A DNA stretch of 64,000 nt from an uncultured delta proteobacterium (GTDB lineage: Bacteria > Desulfobacterota > Binatia > UBA9968): the NCBI GenBank assembly GCA_963727625.1, contig CAVSHR010000004.1, positions 704,001 through 768,000 of the forward strand, given 5' to 3'. This document shows positions 29,588 to 39,340 of the stretch, piece after piece. The notes under the pieces are model-generated. The model worked only from the letters and a program-made list of their open reading frames with translations, was not told the DNA's origin and did no database searches. Both the position numbers and the translations under genes were made by a program. Position 1 is the stretch's first letter, and each line of letters starts with the position of its first letter.

Positions 29588-29854
29588 ATGATGGCAACAA
29601 AAGCGAAACAAGAAAATGTCCGCGAACGATTTTATCTCACCTTTCCACGCGACCTGATTAGGGAACCGGTCCTGAGTATGTTGTCGAAACGCTTCGATGT
29701 CATGTTCAATATTCGCGGCTCCACCGTCACCTCCGAGATGGGCTTGGTCGCCCTCGAACTCGACGGCAAGGAAAGCGAAGTGGTAAAGGCGATCGGCTGG
29801 CTAAAGTCGAAGGGCGTGGCGGTGGAACCGATCGAAAAGAACGTAATCGAGTAG
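29588..29854 (+). CDS. NIL domain protein
   Basis: LTFP..LIREPV....KRFDV.FNIR......G...LELDG......AIGWL...GV.VEP. Confidence 0.85.
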   Translation: MMATKAKQENVRERFYLTFPRDLIREPVLSMLSKRFDVMFNIRGSTVTSEMGLVALELDGKESEVVKAIGWLKSKGVAVEPIEKNVIE

Positions 29855-29863
29855 AAACCGGCG

Positions 29864-30331
29864 CTATTGCGCCGAGGCGGAGATCGACAGCACCAAAGCG
29901 CCGCCTTCATGCGGCGGTCCCCCCAGTAAAAAATTACCTCGATTAGGAATACGCACCGTTGTATCGATCAAGGGCTTCTGACCCTGGGTCAAACGCACCT
30001 TAAGCGAAATTTGGTTATCCCGAAGGTCCTGTGGCGTTACGGTTAGAAAACGTCCACCAGGAATCTCGAAGGCTTTATCGCCCTGCCACGGCACGGTTTG
30101 GCTTTCGTTTTTCAATAAACGATACGAGCGGTACTTGAGCACGCGCAGCTGGCTTTCCAACCCTTTCAACTGAGCATCGAATTTATCGCTTTTGTTGCTG
30201 GCCAATATCGTTCCTATGCTGACTTGAACAGATTGCGGTTGCCTTTCCGCCGCTCCGAGCACGCCGGCAGCGACGGCTGACAGCAGGCTAAAAAGCAGGA
30301 CCCGACTGAGTAGGTTCTTCAGCAGCTTCAT
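29864..30331 (-). CDS. Secreted hypothetical protein (third gene of ECF operon)
   Basis: Signal peptide MKLLKNLLSRV...; YRSYRLL and FLLGGP motifs. Confidence 0.65.
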   Translation of the reverse strand: MKLLKNLLSRVLLFSLLSAVAAGVLGAAERQPQSVQVSIGTILASNKSDKFDAQLKGLESQLRVLKYRSYRLLKNESQTVPWQGDKAFEIPGGRFLTVTPQDLRDNQISLKVRLTQGQKPLIDTTVRIPNRGNFLLGGPPHEGGALVLSISASAQ

Positions 30332-30830
30332 TCTCACCTTCTTGATTTTGGTACAACCAGATGACCGTTGTTTTGGTGTCGTCTTCGCGCAACAGCGCAA
30401 CGCTGCGACCGTGGGCGTCGATCGAGTCCACCGAAGCAAAATTATTGCGCGCGCTGCCGCCGCGCCAACCGGCAAAATAGGAACTGGCCGAAACCACGAT
30501 GAGCACGAGCGCAATTGCCGCCGGCACCGCCCACGCGACTCTCAATGGGCTAAAAAAGCTACCCGCCCAATCCTGAAACTCCATGTACCACGGCCGTTTT
30601 TCTTCGATGCGCCGCTCCACGGCGCGCCAGAAAGGCATAAACTCGAGTTTACGGGTGTCCGAAGTAAGCACGCCATGCAGAGCCAGGGTCATTCTCTCCA
30701 ATCGCAGCTGCGCGGCATGGCACTCGGCGCAACTCGCTACATGAACGCGTACCCAGTCGCTGTCGCTTGAACTCAACTCGCGGTCAAGCCAACCGCCGAG
30801 GGACTCCTGAATTCGTTCGCAATCCTTCAT
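30288..30830 (-). CDS. Anti-sigma factor (zf-HC2) with TM helix
   Basis: C...QE.L..WLDREL....HVASCAEC; overlaps the sigma stop codon. Confidence 0.85.
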   Translation of the reverse strand: MKDCERIQESLGGWLDRELSSSDSDWVRVHVASCAECHAAQLRLERMTLALHGVLTSDTRKLEFMPFWRAVERRIEEKRPWYMEFQDWAGSFFSPLRVAWAVPAAIALVLIVVSASSYFAGWRGGSARNNFASVDSIDAHGRSVALLREDDTKTTVIWLYQNQEGENEAAEEPTQSGPAF

Positions 30831-31381
30831 AAAAAAGATCTCAACTTATCCTGCAATTTTTTTCTCGCGTAATGGAGCCGGCTCATCACGGTCCCCTCTG
30901 AGCAGCCGAGGATTTCGCCAATATCCTTGTAGGAAAGTCCTTCGATCGTTCTGAGCACGATGACGGCTTTATGCTCCGGTGTCAAACTACTGATCGCTTG
31001 AATAAGCTTTTCGCGCAACTCCCTATCATGGGCATCGGCGAACGGATCCCGCGCCACTTCGTCCTGCGATTCCAATACACCGTCCATGTTTTCCCGAAAA
31101 TCCAAGGGATTTCTCTTTTGCCGGCGCTGGGCGTCGATCGCGAGATTGACCGCAATCCGATAAATCCAAGTGTAAAAAGACGAACCGCCTTGGAAACCGC
31201 CAATCTTTCGATAAGCTCGAAAGAACGTTTCTTGCGCCACTTCGAGCGCATCGTCGCGATTGGGCAGCAATCCCAAGATCACCGTGAAAACCTTTTGATG
31301 ATATCGGGAGACGAGATCCTGGAATGCGCTCATTTCCCCGGCTTGACACTTCTGAACCAGCTCCCAGTCAGTCAAATCCAC
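30827..31381 (-). CDS. ECF sigma-70 factor (RpoE-like)
   Basis: AF..LV.RY, SSFYTWIYRIAVN, EGLSYKDIGEILGCSEGTVMSRLHYAR. Confidence 0.95.
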   Translation of the reverse strand: MDLTDWELVQKCQAGEMSAFQDLVSRYHQKVFTVILGLLPNRDDALEVAQETFFRAYRKIGGFQGGSSFYTWIYRIAVNLAIDAQRRQKRNPLDFRENMDGVLESQDEVARDPFADAHDRELREKLIQAISSLTPEHKAVIVLRTIEGLSYKDIGEILGCSEGTVMSRLHYARKKLQDKLRSFL

Positions 31382-31395
31382 GATGATCCTGCCTT

Positions 31396-31422
31396 TTAGA
31401 CGCGGTCCAGAATAATTTATTC
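31396..31422 (-). promoter_or_regulatory. Putative autoregulatory ECF promoter
   Basis: GAATAA-16 nt-TCTAA on the minus strand just upstream of the sigma start. Confidence 0.55.
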
Positions 31423-31540
31423 AGACCGCAAAGGGACTTAATAGCACAAAACCTTGAACTTTTCGTGAATTCATCTAAAATCCTTTTGATTCTTTTAGAC
31501 TTTTTCCCGAAACGGCCCATCTCAAACAAGAGGATAGTTT

Positions 31541-32587
31541 ATGCTGGTTCGATGCCCAAGATGCCGGACGACCTACAAAGTTTCCGACGAAGTGTTAAAG
31601 GGCAGCACCCCGTCTTTCCGATGTTCAAGGTGCAAACATACTTTTGAGCTGGAAGTTCGCAGCGCCGGGAGTACGTCGGTCGGGGCTGAGCCTGCCGGCG
31701 TTGCCACGGTGGATTCGCCGGAGAAAGACCAAGAGCTGAGTCTTCCTTTTGAGCCCAAAGCAGCTAAACCAGACGCATCCGAATCCGACAAAATGACCTC
31801 CGCAGACGCTCAACCCGACAAATCCGCAACCCAACACGACATAGACAGCGACCAGTGGTCCATGAACGAACCCGGCCGGGACGATGACCATGCCTTCGTA
31901 ATGCCCGAAAGCAATCATCCGATGGAACCGGGAAAAGTGCTCGATGCCCCGCGAAATTTTCCCGACGAGGATGCTTTTTTTCCCAATGCCATGGTCGACG
32001 ACGACATGACCGATTCGGACAAGATCCTGGCAATTTCTTCTTATATCGATCAGCGGGTGTCGGTCCTGCCGTTCATGACCCTGTTCGGCCTCCTGGTCAT
32101 TGGCTTCACCCTGATCGCGGTCATCAGCTACGCGCATCCGCAGGCCTCGGAAAAGGTCATCAAACAATTTCCTTTGGTCGGCAGCTCAGTGCTAAAGAAT
32201 GAACACCTCAAGGAAGGTATCGTCATCCAATCGGTTCGGTCCGGTTATCAAACGATTCAAGGGAATCGCGAGGTGTTCTTGATTACCGGCGTCGCGCTCA
32301 ATCAAAACCCGGCGGTGGTGCGGGCGATTCGGTTGTCCGGCGTCGCTTACAATGACGAAGGGAAAGAGCTAGAGCGACAAACGGTTTGGGTCGGCAACAC
32401 GATCTCGCCAAAGATCATCCGCGGGATGACCTCCGAAGACATTCCACATTTGCAAAATTTGAAACCGCTCAGGAGTTTCGAGATACCACCCGGCGACTCC
32501 GTTCCGTTCACCATCGTGTTTCTCAGATCGGCGAAGAACGCCCGGCAATTCAGTTGCGAGGTGGTGGTTGCCGAGGGCGAAGTTTGA
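31541..32587 (+). CDS. Zinc-ribbon (MJ0042-type) + TM + DUF3426-like protein
   Basis: CPRCRTTY...FRCSRCKHTF, acidic linker, TM, IPPGDSVPFTIVF. Confidence 0.85.
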   Translation: MLVRCPRCRTTYKVSDEVLKGSTPSFRCSRCKHTFELEVRSAGSTSVGAEPAGVATVDSPEKDQELSLPFEPKAAKPDASESDKMTSADAQPDKSATQHDIDSDQWSMNEPGRDDDHAFVMPESNHPMEPGKVLDAPRNFPDEDAFFPNAMVDDDMTDSDKILAISSYIDQRVSVLPFMTLFGLLVIGFTLIAVISYAHPQASEKVIKQFPLVGSSVLKNEHLKEGIVIQSVRSGYQTIQGNREVFLITGVALNQNPAVVRAIRLSGVAYNDEGKELERQTVWVGNTISPKIIRGMTSEDIPHLQNLKPLRSFEIPPGDSVPFTIVFLRSAKNARQFSCEVVVAEGEV

Positions 32588-32604
32588 CCGTTGACGGACC
32601 TGTG

Positions 32605-32784
32605 CTAAGGTTCACGGTGATTCTTTTTGGGAGTGATGTCGACTTCGTCTGGCTCGTGCATCGCCTTGCGAAACTTTTTCACGCTTTTGCCGAGACTTTC
32701 GCCTAAATCGGGAAGGCGTCGGCTGAACATGACCATGACGATTACGACGATAATCAAAAGTTCGCCAATTCCTAAGCCAAACAT
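32605..32784 (-). CDS. tatA: Twin-arginine translocase TatA/E subunit
   Basis: MFGLGIGELLII....F..RLPDLGESLGKSVKKFRKA; RBS GGAGG. Confidence 0.85.
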   Translation of the reverse strand: MFGLGIGELLIIVVIVMVMFSRRLPDLGESLGKSVKKFRKAMHEPDEVDITPKKNHREP

Positions 32785-32866
32785 GGAACCTCCGGTCACT
32801 GTGGCAAGGTGAATTTACAGCGCCGGCCTGGAGTCGCGCCGCTGCAGGATGGATCCATAGTACACG

Positions 32867-33670
32867 ATGGTGGCGTTCTTAAACATATCCCAGTTGCGAT
32901 TTTTCGCCGCCTCCGTCGCGGTCCATGTAGCGACGGTCATGTTGCTCTACCCGGCGCGGCCGGTCCGGACGCCCATCCCGGAAACCATCCCGGTTTCGCT
33001 CTTGAATACACCGGAGCGGGAACCCCCCGCGCCAACTCGGATTCCCCGAGCCGCACCGACGCGCCCAACCAAAGTTCCGGCGGTCATCGCCAAAAAAACT
33101 TCGCCGCCGGCGCCAGCGAAATCGGCGCCGGCTCAAGATCCAAAAACGGCTAGGGACATTGCCCGCGAGAATTTACTCCGGACGGAACCCCCTCCCCCGA
33201 GTTCGTTGCCACCGGCCTCCATTCCGCCCGAAATTGTTCCGGAGCAAAGTGTGATCGCCGAGCGGCGGCTGCCGACGCTCAAAGAACTTTTGCCGCCAGC
33301 CAATTGGGCGGCAATGTCGCGAGCTGACGCGCCGGTGAGCTTGAACACCAGGGACCCGGTCTACGTAACCTATTTCAACAGGATAAAGCAGCTGATCGAA
33401 TCCCGCTGGGAATATCCTGAACTCGCGCTGCGCTACGGTTTGCAGGGCAAGCTTTCATTGGAATTTACCATCGGCGCCAACGGCAAGCTGGAACGATTGC
33501 GTCTAACCCGTTCCTCCGGTTCGCAACTGTTGGACGAAGAAGCCTTGCGCGCGATCAAGAACGCCTCGCCGTTTCCACCCATTCCTCCGTGGATGAAGCC
33601 CAGTCCATTATCGATTTCGGCTTCCATGGAGTATCACGACAATCGCATGAACTATCGCTTCGCCCGCTGA
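32867..33670 (+). CDS. TonB-family energy transducer
   Basis: N-terminal S..VH TM, Pro-rich linker, WEYP..A...GLQG, SSG..LLDEEALRAI..ASPFPP. Confidence 0.88.
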   Translation: MVAFLNISQLRFFAASVAVHVATVMLLYPARPVRTPIPETIPVSLLNTPEREPPAPTRIPRAAPTRPTKVPAVIAKKTSPPAPAKSAPAQDPKTARDIARENLLRTEPPPPSSLPPASIPPEIVPEQSVIAERRLPTLKELLPPANWAAMSRADAPVSLNTRDPVYVTYFNRIKQLIESRWEYPELALRYGLQGKLSLEFTIGANGKLERLRLTRSSGSQLLDEEALRAIKNASPFPPIPPWMKPSPLSISASMEYHDNRMNYRFAR

Positions 33671-33695
33671 CTTGACCGCCGTTCCGGTCCCGAAT

Positions 33696-35216
33696 TCACG
33701 TTTCCGCGTTCATCGCTGGCGGCTCCCAGCGCAACACCGGTTTTCGCGCGGCCCTGGCTTCATCGAGCCGCCGAACCGGTGTCGAGTAGGGTGCGTGCAT
33801 GACCAACTCGGGCTCGTTTTCAGCTTCTTGGGCGATGGCGACCATGGCGTCGATGAAGCCGTCCAAGGTATCCGGCGTTTCGGTCTCCGTGGGTTCGATC
33901 ATCAAGGCGCCGGAAACCACCAGGGGGAAATAAATCGTCGGCGGGTGATAGCCGTAATCCAACAGGCGCTTGGCGATGTCGAGCGTACTCACGCCGTTTC
34001 GCTGCTGCAGGCGATCGATAAAAATGCACTCGTGCATGCATGGCTCGTTGAAGGCAATTTGATAATGTTTTTCCAGCCTCTTTCGAATATAGTTGGCATT
34101 GAGCAATGCCATCCGGCTCGCCTCCGCGAGCCCGTCACTGCCGAGCGCAAGAATATAAGCATAGGCGCGCACGAGCACGCCGAAATTGCCGAAAAAGGAG
34201 CGCACCCGGCCGATGGACTTAGCCGAGTCTTTTTGCAACTCGAAACCATCCGAGGTTTTGACGATGCGCGGCACCGGCAGGTAATCGGCAAGATGGCCCT
34301 TCACCGCCACTGGACCGGCGCCCGGTCCGCCGCCGCCATGGGGCGTAGAAAAAGTTTTGTGCAAATTCATGTGCAAAACATCGACGCCCATGTGGCCCGG
34401 CTTGGCGATTCCCATCAGCGCATTTAAGTTGGCGCCGTCGAGATAAACCATGCCGCCGCGCGCATGCACAACGGCGGCGACCGCTTCGATGTTGGTCTCG
34501 AACAAGCCCAGCGTATTAGGATTGGTGATCATGATCGCGGCGACGTTTTCATCCGCGGCTTTTTCCACCGTCCCGGCGTCAATAACTCCATGCTCGTTGG
34601 AGGACACTTGAATCACGTCGTAACCGCACAAGGTGGAGCTGGCCGGATTGGTGCCATGGGCGGTGTCGGGCACGATAATTTTTTTACGCGGGTTGCCGCG
34701 TTCGGTTAAACAGGCGCGGATCAGCATCAGACCGGTCAGCTCGCCCTGGGCGCCGGCCGACGGCTGCAGGCTCACTCGTTCCATGCCGCTGATTTCGGCG
34801 AGCATGGCTTCGAGATCATGAAGCAACGCAAAGGCTCCTTGCAACAGCGCAACCGGCGCCAACGGGTGGATCTGCGCAAATCCGGGCAAACGCGCCACCA
34901 TCTCGTTGACCTTCGGGTTGTACTTCATCGTGCAAGAGCCCAAGGGGTAGAATTGGCTTTCGATGCCGAAGTTTCTTTGCGACAGCCGGGTAAAATGGCG
35001 CACAGTTTCGAGCTCGCCCAATTCGGGGAAGCCGGCGATATCCCGGCGCAGCAGCGCCGCGGGGATCATATCCGTGACTTCACCCTGTTCGGGCGGCCAC
35101 AGGCAAGCGCTCCTGCCCCCGGAGCCGCTCTCGAAAATCAGCTTCGGTTCGGCCGCCAAGGAACGCTGACTATTCGACGATGGTTGCGACAAGCCGCTCG
35201 ACCTCCTCGTCCTCAT
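33696..35216 (-). CDS. gcvPB: Glycine dehydrogenase (decarboxylating) subunit 2
   Basis: YPLGSCTMKYNPK, AHGTNPAS, NLHKTFSTPHGGGGPG, IEPTETE; start uncertain. Confidence 0.96.
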   Translation of the reverse strand: MRTRRSSGLSQPSSNSQRSLAAEPKLIFESGSGGRSACLWPPEQGEVTDMIPAALLRRDIAGFPELGELETVRHFTRLSQRNFGIESQFYPLGSCTMKYNPKVNEMVARLPGFAQIHPLAPVALLQGAFALLHDLEAMLAEISGMERVSLQPSAGAQGELTGLMLIRACLTERGNPRKKIIVPDTAHGTNPASSTLCGYDVIQVSSNEHGVIDAGTVEKAADENVAAIMITNPNTLGLFETNIEAVAAVVHARGGMVYLDGANLNALMGIAKPGHMGVDVLHMNLHKTFSTPHGGGGPGAGPVAVKGHLADYLPVPRIVKTSDGFELQKDSAKSIGRVRSFFGNFGVLVRAYAYILALGSDGLAEASRMALLNANYIRKRLEKHYQIAFNEPCMHECIFIDRLQQRNGVSTLDIAKRLLDYGYHPPTIYFPLVVSGALMIEPTETETPDTLDGFIDAMVAIAQEAENEPELVMHAPYSTPVRRLDEARAARKPVLRWEPPAMNAET

Positions 35217-36519
35217 TCATTTCGGTGACGCATACCAAGAAACAATCGCGCAGCTCCGGATACCATTGCGCCAAAACGATTCCTGGCACGATATTGTTCT
35301 TGGCGCAGCTGTCAAAAAGCTTTTCGAGATTTACCGCGCGCAACACGAACTCATTAAAGTAAGGCCCGGAAAATTTCGCCGCCAAGCCAGCGTCACGGGT
35401 CAGTTTCGCTCGCGCGCGATGTGCTCGCGCGACATTGATCTCGGCCATGCGGCGCAGGCCGCTCTTGCCCAGCAGTGACATGAAGACCGTTGCGCCCAGG
35501 GCGCACAGGGTCTGGCTGGTGCAAATATTAGAAGTCGCCTTTTCGCGCCGGATATGCTGCTCGCGGGTGGCCAGTGTGAGAACGAAACCCCGCCGCCCCT
35601 CTGCGTCGACGGTTTCGCCGACCAGCCGGCCGGGAATATTGCGCACGAATTTTTTTTGGCAAGCAAAAAACCCGAACGCCGGACCGCCGAAATTCATCGG
35701 CACGCCCAGACTCTGCCCCTCGCCCACGGCGATATCGACGCCGAAATCGCCGGGAGGTTTGAGCAGACCGAGGGACATGGGCTCCGTCGTCACGGTGATC
35801 AGCTGCGCGCCGCTTTTTGCGCAGGCCGATTGAATCGGCGCCAAATTCTCGATCACGCCGAAGAAATTAGGATAACCGACGAGCACGCACATGGTGCGGT
35901 CATCGAGCCGCTCGGTGAGAGCACCGACATCGGTGGCGCCGCTGCCATCGTAAGCGATTTCTTCGAGGGCGATGTCTTTCAGATTCTTGAGATAAGCGCG
36001 CACGACGGCGCGATATTGCGGGTGCAACGCCTTGGACACCAGAACCCGCCGCCGATGGGTCGCCTGGATGCGGCGCGACATAAGAGCCGCCTCGGCGGCC
36101 GCCGAAGCGCCATCGTAGACCGCGGCATTGGAAACTTCCATGCCCGTGAGCTGGCAGATCAACGTCTGATATTCGAACAGCGCTTGTAATGTCCCCTGGC
36201 TAACCTCCGGTTGGTACGGGGTATAGGAAGTCGAGAACTCGGAACGTGAGATGATCGCGTCCACCGCGGATGGAATAAAATGTTGATAAACACCGCCACC
36301 GACAAACAGACTCCAGTCCCGCGCCGAAGCATTCTGGGCGGCCAAAGCCAACAGACGTTTTTGCACGGCCAATTCGGTCAGCCCGTCCGGCAGATCTATC
36401 CGGGCGCGCTCGCGCAGGGTCGCGGGAACATGGCGATAGAGCGCTTCGAGCGAATCCACGCCGATCGCTTGAAGCATGCGGTCTCGGTCGCTTGCCGTGT
36501 GGGGAGTGTAGCGCATCAA
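35170..36519 (-). CDS. gcvPA: Glycine dehydrogenase subunit 1
   Basis: YTPYQPEVSQG, YPNFFG, REQHIRREKATSNICT. Confidence 0.96.
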   Translation of the reverse strand: MMRYTPHTASDRDRMLQAIGVDSLEALYRHVPATLRERARIDLPDGLTELAVQKRLLALAAQNASARDWSLFVGGGVYQHFIPSAVDAIISRSEFSTSYTPYQPEVSQGTLQALFEYQTLICQLTGMEVSNAAVYDGASAAAEAALMSRRIQATHRRRVLVSKALHPQYRAVVRAYLKNLKDIALEEIAYDGSGATDVGALTERLDDRTMCVLVGYPNFFGVIENLAPIQSACAKSGAQLITVTTEPMSLGLLKPPGDFGVDIAVGEGQSLGVPMNFGGPAFGFFACQKKFVRNIPGRLVGETVDAEGRRGFVLTLATREQHIRREKATSNICTSQTLCALGATVFMSLLGKSGLRRMAEINVARAHRARAKLTRDAGLAAKFSGPYFNEFVLRAVNLEKLFDSCAKNNIVPGIVLAQWYPELRDCFLVCVTEMNEDEEVERLVATIVE

Positions 36520-36525
36520 GCGAGG

Positions 36526-36984
36526 CTACTTCACTTTGTCTTCGTCGTCGTCTTCCTCGTCCTCGTCCGAATCTTCTTCGTCCTCTTCTTCGTCGTCCTC
36601 CTTTTGCTGTTTAACGTACTCGGCATATTCATCCGCGTCCATTAAATCTTTGAGATCATCTCGATCGGACAGCTCGACGCGGATCATCCAGCCGTCGCCG
36701 TAGGGATCGTCGTTGATCGTTTCCGGGTTGTCCGGCAGGATATCGTTGATTTCGAGAACCGCTCCGCTCACCGGCGCATAAACATCCGAAACCGCCTTGA
36801 CCGATTCCACCGCACCGAATGGGTCATCCTTAACCACCTTTTCTCCGACTTCGGGCAATTCCACATAGACGATGTCGCCGAGCTCTTCCTGAGCGTACTC
36901 GGTGATACCGATCGTCGCTGTCTCGCCCTCGACCAGCACCCACTCATGTTCCTTCGAATATTTAAGCCCCTCTGGAAACTCCAT
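36526..36984 (-). CDS. gcvH: Glycine cleavage system H protein with acidic C-terminal tail
   Basis: [28 protein letters not shown] lipoyl-Lys, PYGDGW. Confidence 0.97.
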   Translation of the reverse strand: MEFPEGLKYSKEHEWVLVEGETATIGITEYAQEELGDIVYVELPEVGEKVVKDDPFGAVESVKAVSDVYAPVSGAVLEINDILPDNPETINDDPYGDGWMIRVELSDRDDLKDLMDADEYAEYVKQQKEDDEEEDEEDSDEDEEDDDEDKVK

Positions 36985-36995
36985 GACAAACCTCC

Positions 36996-38105
36996 TTAAA
37001 CCTGTGGCTGCGCCTTGTGGCGATAGAATGGTATCGAAACAATTTGTGCCGGGATTTTACGCCTGCGAATTTCCACGTCGACGACATTGTCGAGCGCGGC
37101 CTGTGCGGCCGCGACATAGCCAAGCGCAATGGCCTTGCCGAGCGACGGTGATTTGGTGCCGCTCGTGACCCGGCCGATGCCCACGCCGTTTTTAGACAAT
37201 GGATAACCGCCGCGCGCGATCCCCGGTTCCAGCATCTCCAGGCCCACCAGCTTGCGCTCGACCCCATGCTTTCTTTGCTGCAACAAAACCGCGCGTCCGA
37301 GAAAATCTCCTTTGGAAAATTTTGTCACCCAGGCCAAGCCCGCTTCCAGCGGCGTGGTCGTTTCGTCGAGCTCATGACCATACAAAGGATAGGCCATCTC
37401 CAGGCGCAAGGTATCGCGCGCGCCCAAACCCACCGGAATCAAACCTTCGGTGGCGCCGGCCTCCAGCAGTGCGGACCAGAGCGACTCAGCCTGCGCGCAC
37501 TTGCAGTAAAGCTCGAAGCCGTCTTCCCCGGTATAACCGGTACGCGCCACCAAGCAGCGAATCGATGCGACGTCGCTAAATTGAAAGCCGAAGCTCTTTA
37601 CTTCGGCCAACGTCAATGCCGTCAGGGGTTGGAGAATTTTTTCGGCGCGCGGCCCTTGCAGCGCCAGCTGCGCATAATCCGCGCTGACGTTCGCCACCGC
37701 CACTCTGCCCGCCGATCGCTCTTCGATCCAGGCAAAATCCTTATCGCTGTTCGAAGCGTTGACACAAATGAAATATTCATCCGGTGCCAGGCGGTATAAA
37801 ATCACGTCGTCGATCACGCCGCCGCGTTCGTTGAGCAACAAATTGTATTGCGCCTGGAAAACTCTCATGCGCGCGACGTCATTGGCAGTGACACGTTGGC
37901 AGAAATCCGTAGCGCCCGCGCCACGGATTTCGATCTCGCCCATGTGACTCACGTCGAAAAGGCCGGCGCTTTTGCGCACGGCCAAATGTTCTTCAATGAC
38001 ACCCTGGTATTGAACCGGCATCTCCCAGCCGGCGAACTCGACCATTTTTGCACCCGCCCGTCGGTGCGCAGAAAATAACCCGGTTCTCTTCATGACCTGC
38101 GCCAC
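36996..38105 (-). CDS. gcvT: Aminomethyltransferase (glycine cleavage T)
   Basis: [40 protein letters not shown]. Confidence 0.97.
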   Translation of the reverse strand: MAQVMKRTGLFSAHRRAGAKMVEFAGWEMPVQYQGVIEEHLAVRKSAGLFDVSHMGEIEIRGAGATDFCQRVTANDVARMRVFQAQYNLLLNERGGVIDDVILYRLAPDEYFICVNASNSDKDFAWIEERSAGRVAVANVSADYAQLALQGPRAEKILQPLTALTLAEVKSFGFQFSDVASIRCLVARTGYTGEDGFELYCKCAQAESLWSALLEAGATEGLIPVGLGARDTLRLEMAYPLYGHELDETTTPLEAGLAWVTKFSKGDFLGRAVLLQQRKHGVERKLVGLEMLEPGIARGGYPLSKNGVGIGRVTSGTKSPSLGKAIALGYVAAAQAALDNVVDVEIRRRKIPAQIVSIPFYRHKAQPQV

Positions 38106-38129
38106 GGGGGTGGATGCGGTAAGGGACGC

Positions 38130-38990
38130 TTAGCGCTCGCGTTGCAACGAGTCTTTGGCAGCCTTTAACGTGTTGAAGAGCAGCATGCAAATGGTCATGG
38201 GACCGACCCCGCCGGGCACCGGCGTGATCGCCGCAGCGCGATCCTTTGCGGTCTCGAACTCCACGTCGCCGCACAGCTTGCCGCTGGGCAAACGATTGAC
38301 GCCGACGTCGATCACCACCGCGCCGGGCTTGATCCACTCGCCGCGCACCAATCCCGCCTTGCCGATAGCGACGACCAAGATATCGGCCCGGCCCACTTCG
38401 TCTCGCAGACTGGCGGTGCGGGAGTGACAAATCGTCACGGTGGCATGCTTCTCAAGCAGCATCAACGCCACCGGCTTGCCGACGATGTTGCTGCGTCCGA
38501 CCACCACCGCGTTCTTGCCTTTGGGATCGCATTCCGCGGCTTCGAGTAATCTCATGATGCCCATCGGCGTGCAGGGCCGGAAACCATCGGCGCCGAGCAC
38601 CAGCCGGCCCTGGCTGACCGGATGAAAACCGTCGATATCCTTGTGAGGCGAGACCGCCTCGAGTATTTTTTCCGCGTGAATATGCGGCGGCAGCGGCAAT
38701 TGAACCAAAATTCCATGCACGCTTTTGTCTTTGTTGAGCTGCTGCACCAGGGCAAGCAATTCTTTCTCGGAAATCGTCGCCGGCAGCAGATGCTCAAAGG
38801 ATTGGATGCCGACTTCCTTGCAAGCTTTTTCTTTATTGCGCACGTAAATATGCGAAGCTGGATCATCACCGACCAACACCACCGCCAAGCCGGGCACCAT
38901 TCCCCAGCGCCGCTCAAGGCCTTCCACGTCTTCCTTAATTTGTTTTTGGACTTCCTTGGCGACGGCTTTACCGTCGATGATCACGGCCAT
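38130..38990 (-). CDS. folD: Methylenetetrahydrofolate dehydrogenase/cyclohydrolase
   Basis: [46 protein letters not shown]. Confidence 0.98.
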   Translation of the reverse strand: MAVIIDGKAVAKEVQKQIKEDVEGLERRWGMVPGLAVVLVGDDPASHIYVRNKEKACKEVGIQSFEHLLPATISEKELLALVQQLNKDKSVHGILVQLPLPPHIHAEKILEAVSPHKDIDGFHPVSQGRLVLGADGFRPCTPMGIMRLLEAAECDPKGKNAVVVGRSNIVGKPVALMLLEKHATVTICHSRTASLRDEVGRADILVVAIGKAGLVRGEWIKPGAVVIDVGVNRLPSGKLCGDVEFETAKDRAAAITPVPGGVGPMTICMLLFNTLKAAKDSLQRER

Positions 38991-39340
38991 ACCTACTCCG
39001 TCATGTGAATGAAAAATTTATACAAGAAATAAGCCCGTTGTAAAGGACTGACGTCCCCTACTTGCATGACATGGTGAAATTTAAACGTCAACACCTCCAG
39101 CGAAGAACGTTGCCGCCGTCATCCAGCCGCGAGCCACCGCTTGGAGGCACCCTGCCAGCGTTGCACCGCGAAACATTTTTCGCCATGTTGACAAGGCCAC
39201 AGTGACGCTCTATAGCCTGACTTTAGCACGATTGACGTCCGGCAATTGCCCGGTGGAATCGCCGGCTTCCATGTTGGCGCGCGTAAATACTCGGCAGTGG
39301 AAAATGATCCGGAGCAATTTGCGGTACAAGGCTGTGAGCC

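Noticed and set aside
38991-39340. Glycine, THF or ZTP riboswitch upstream of folD-gcv
   Set aside because: No recognisable aptamer motifs; only promoter-like hexamers close to the start codon.
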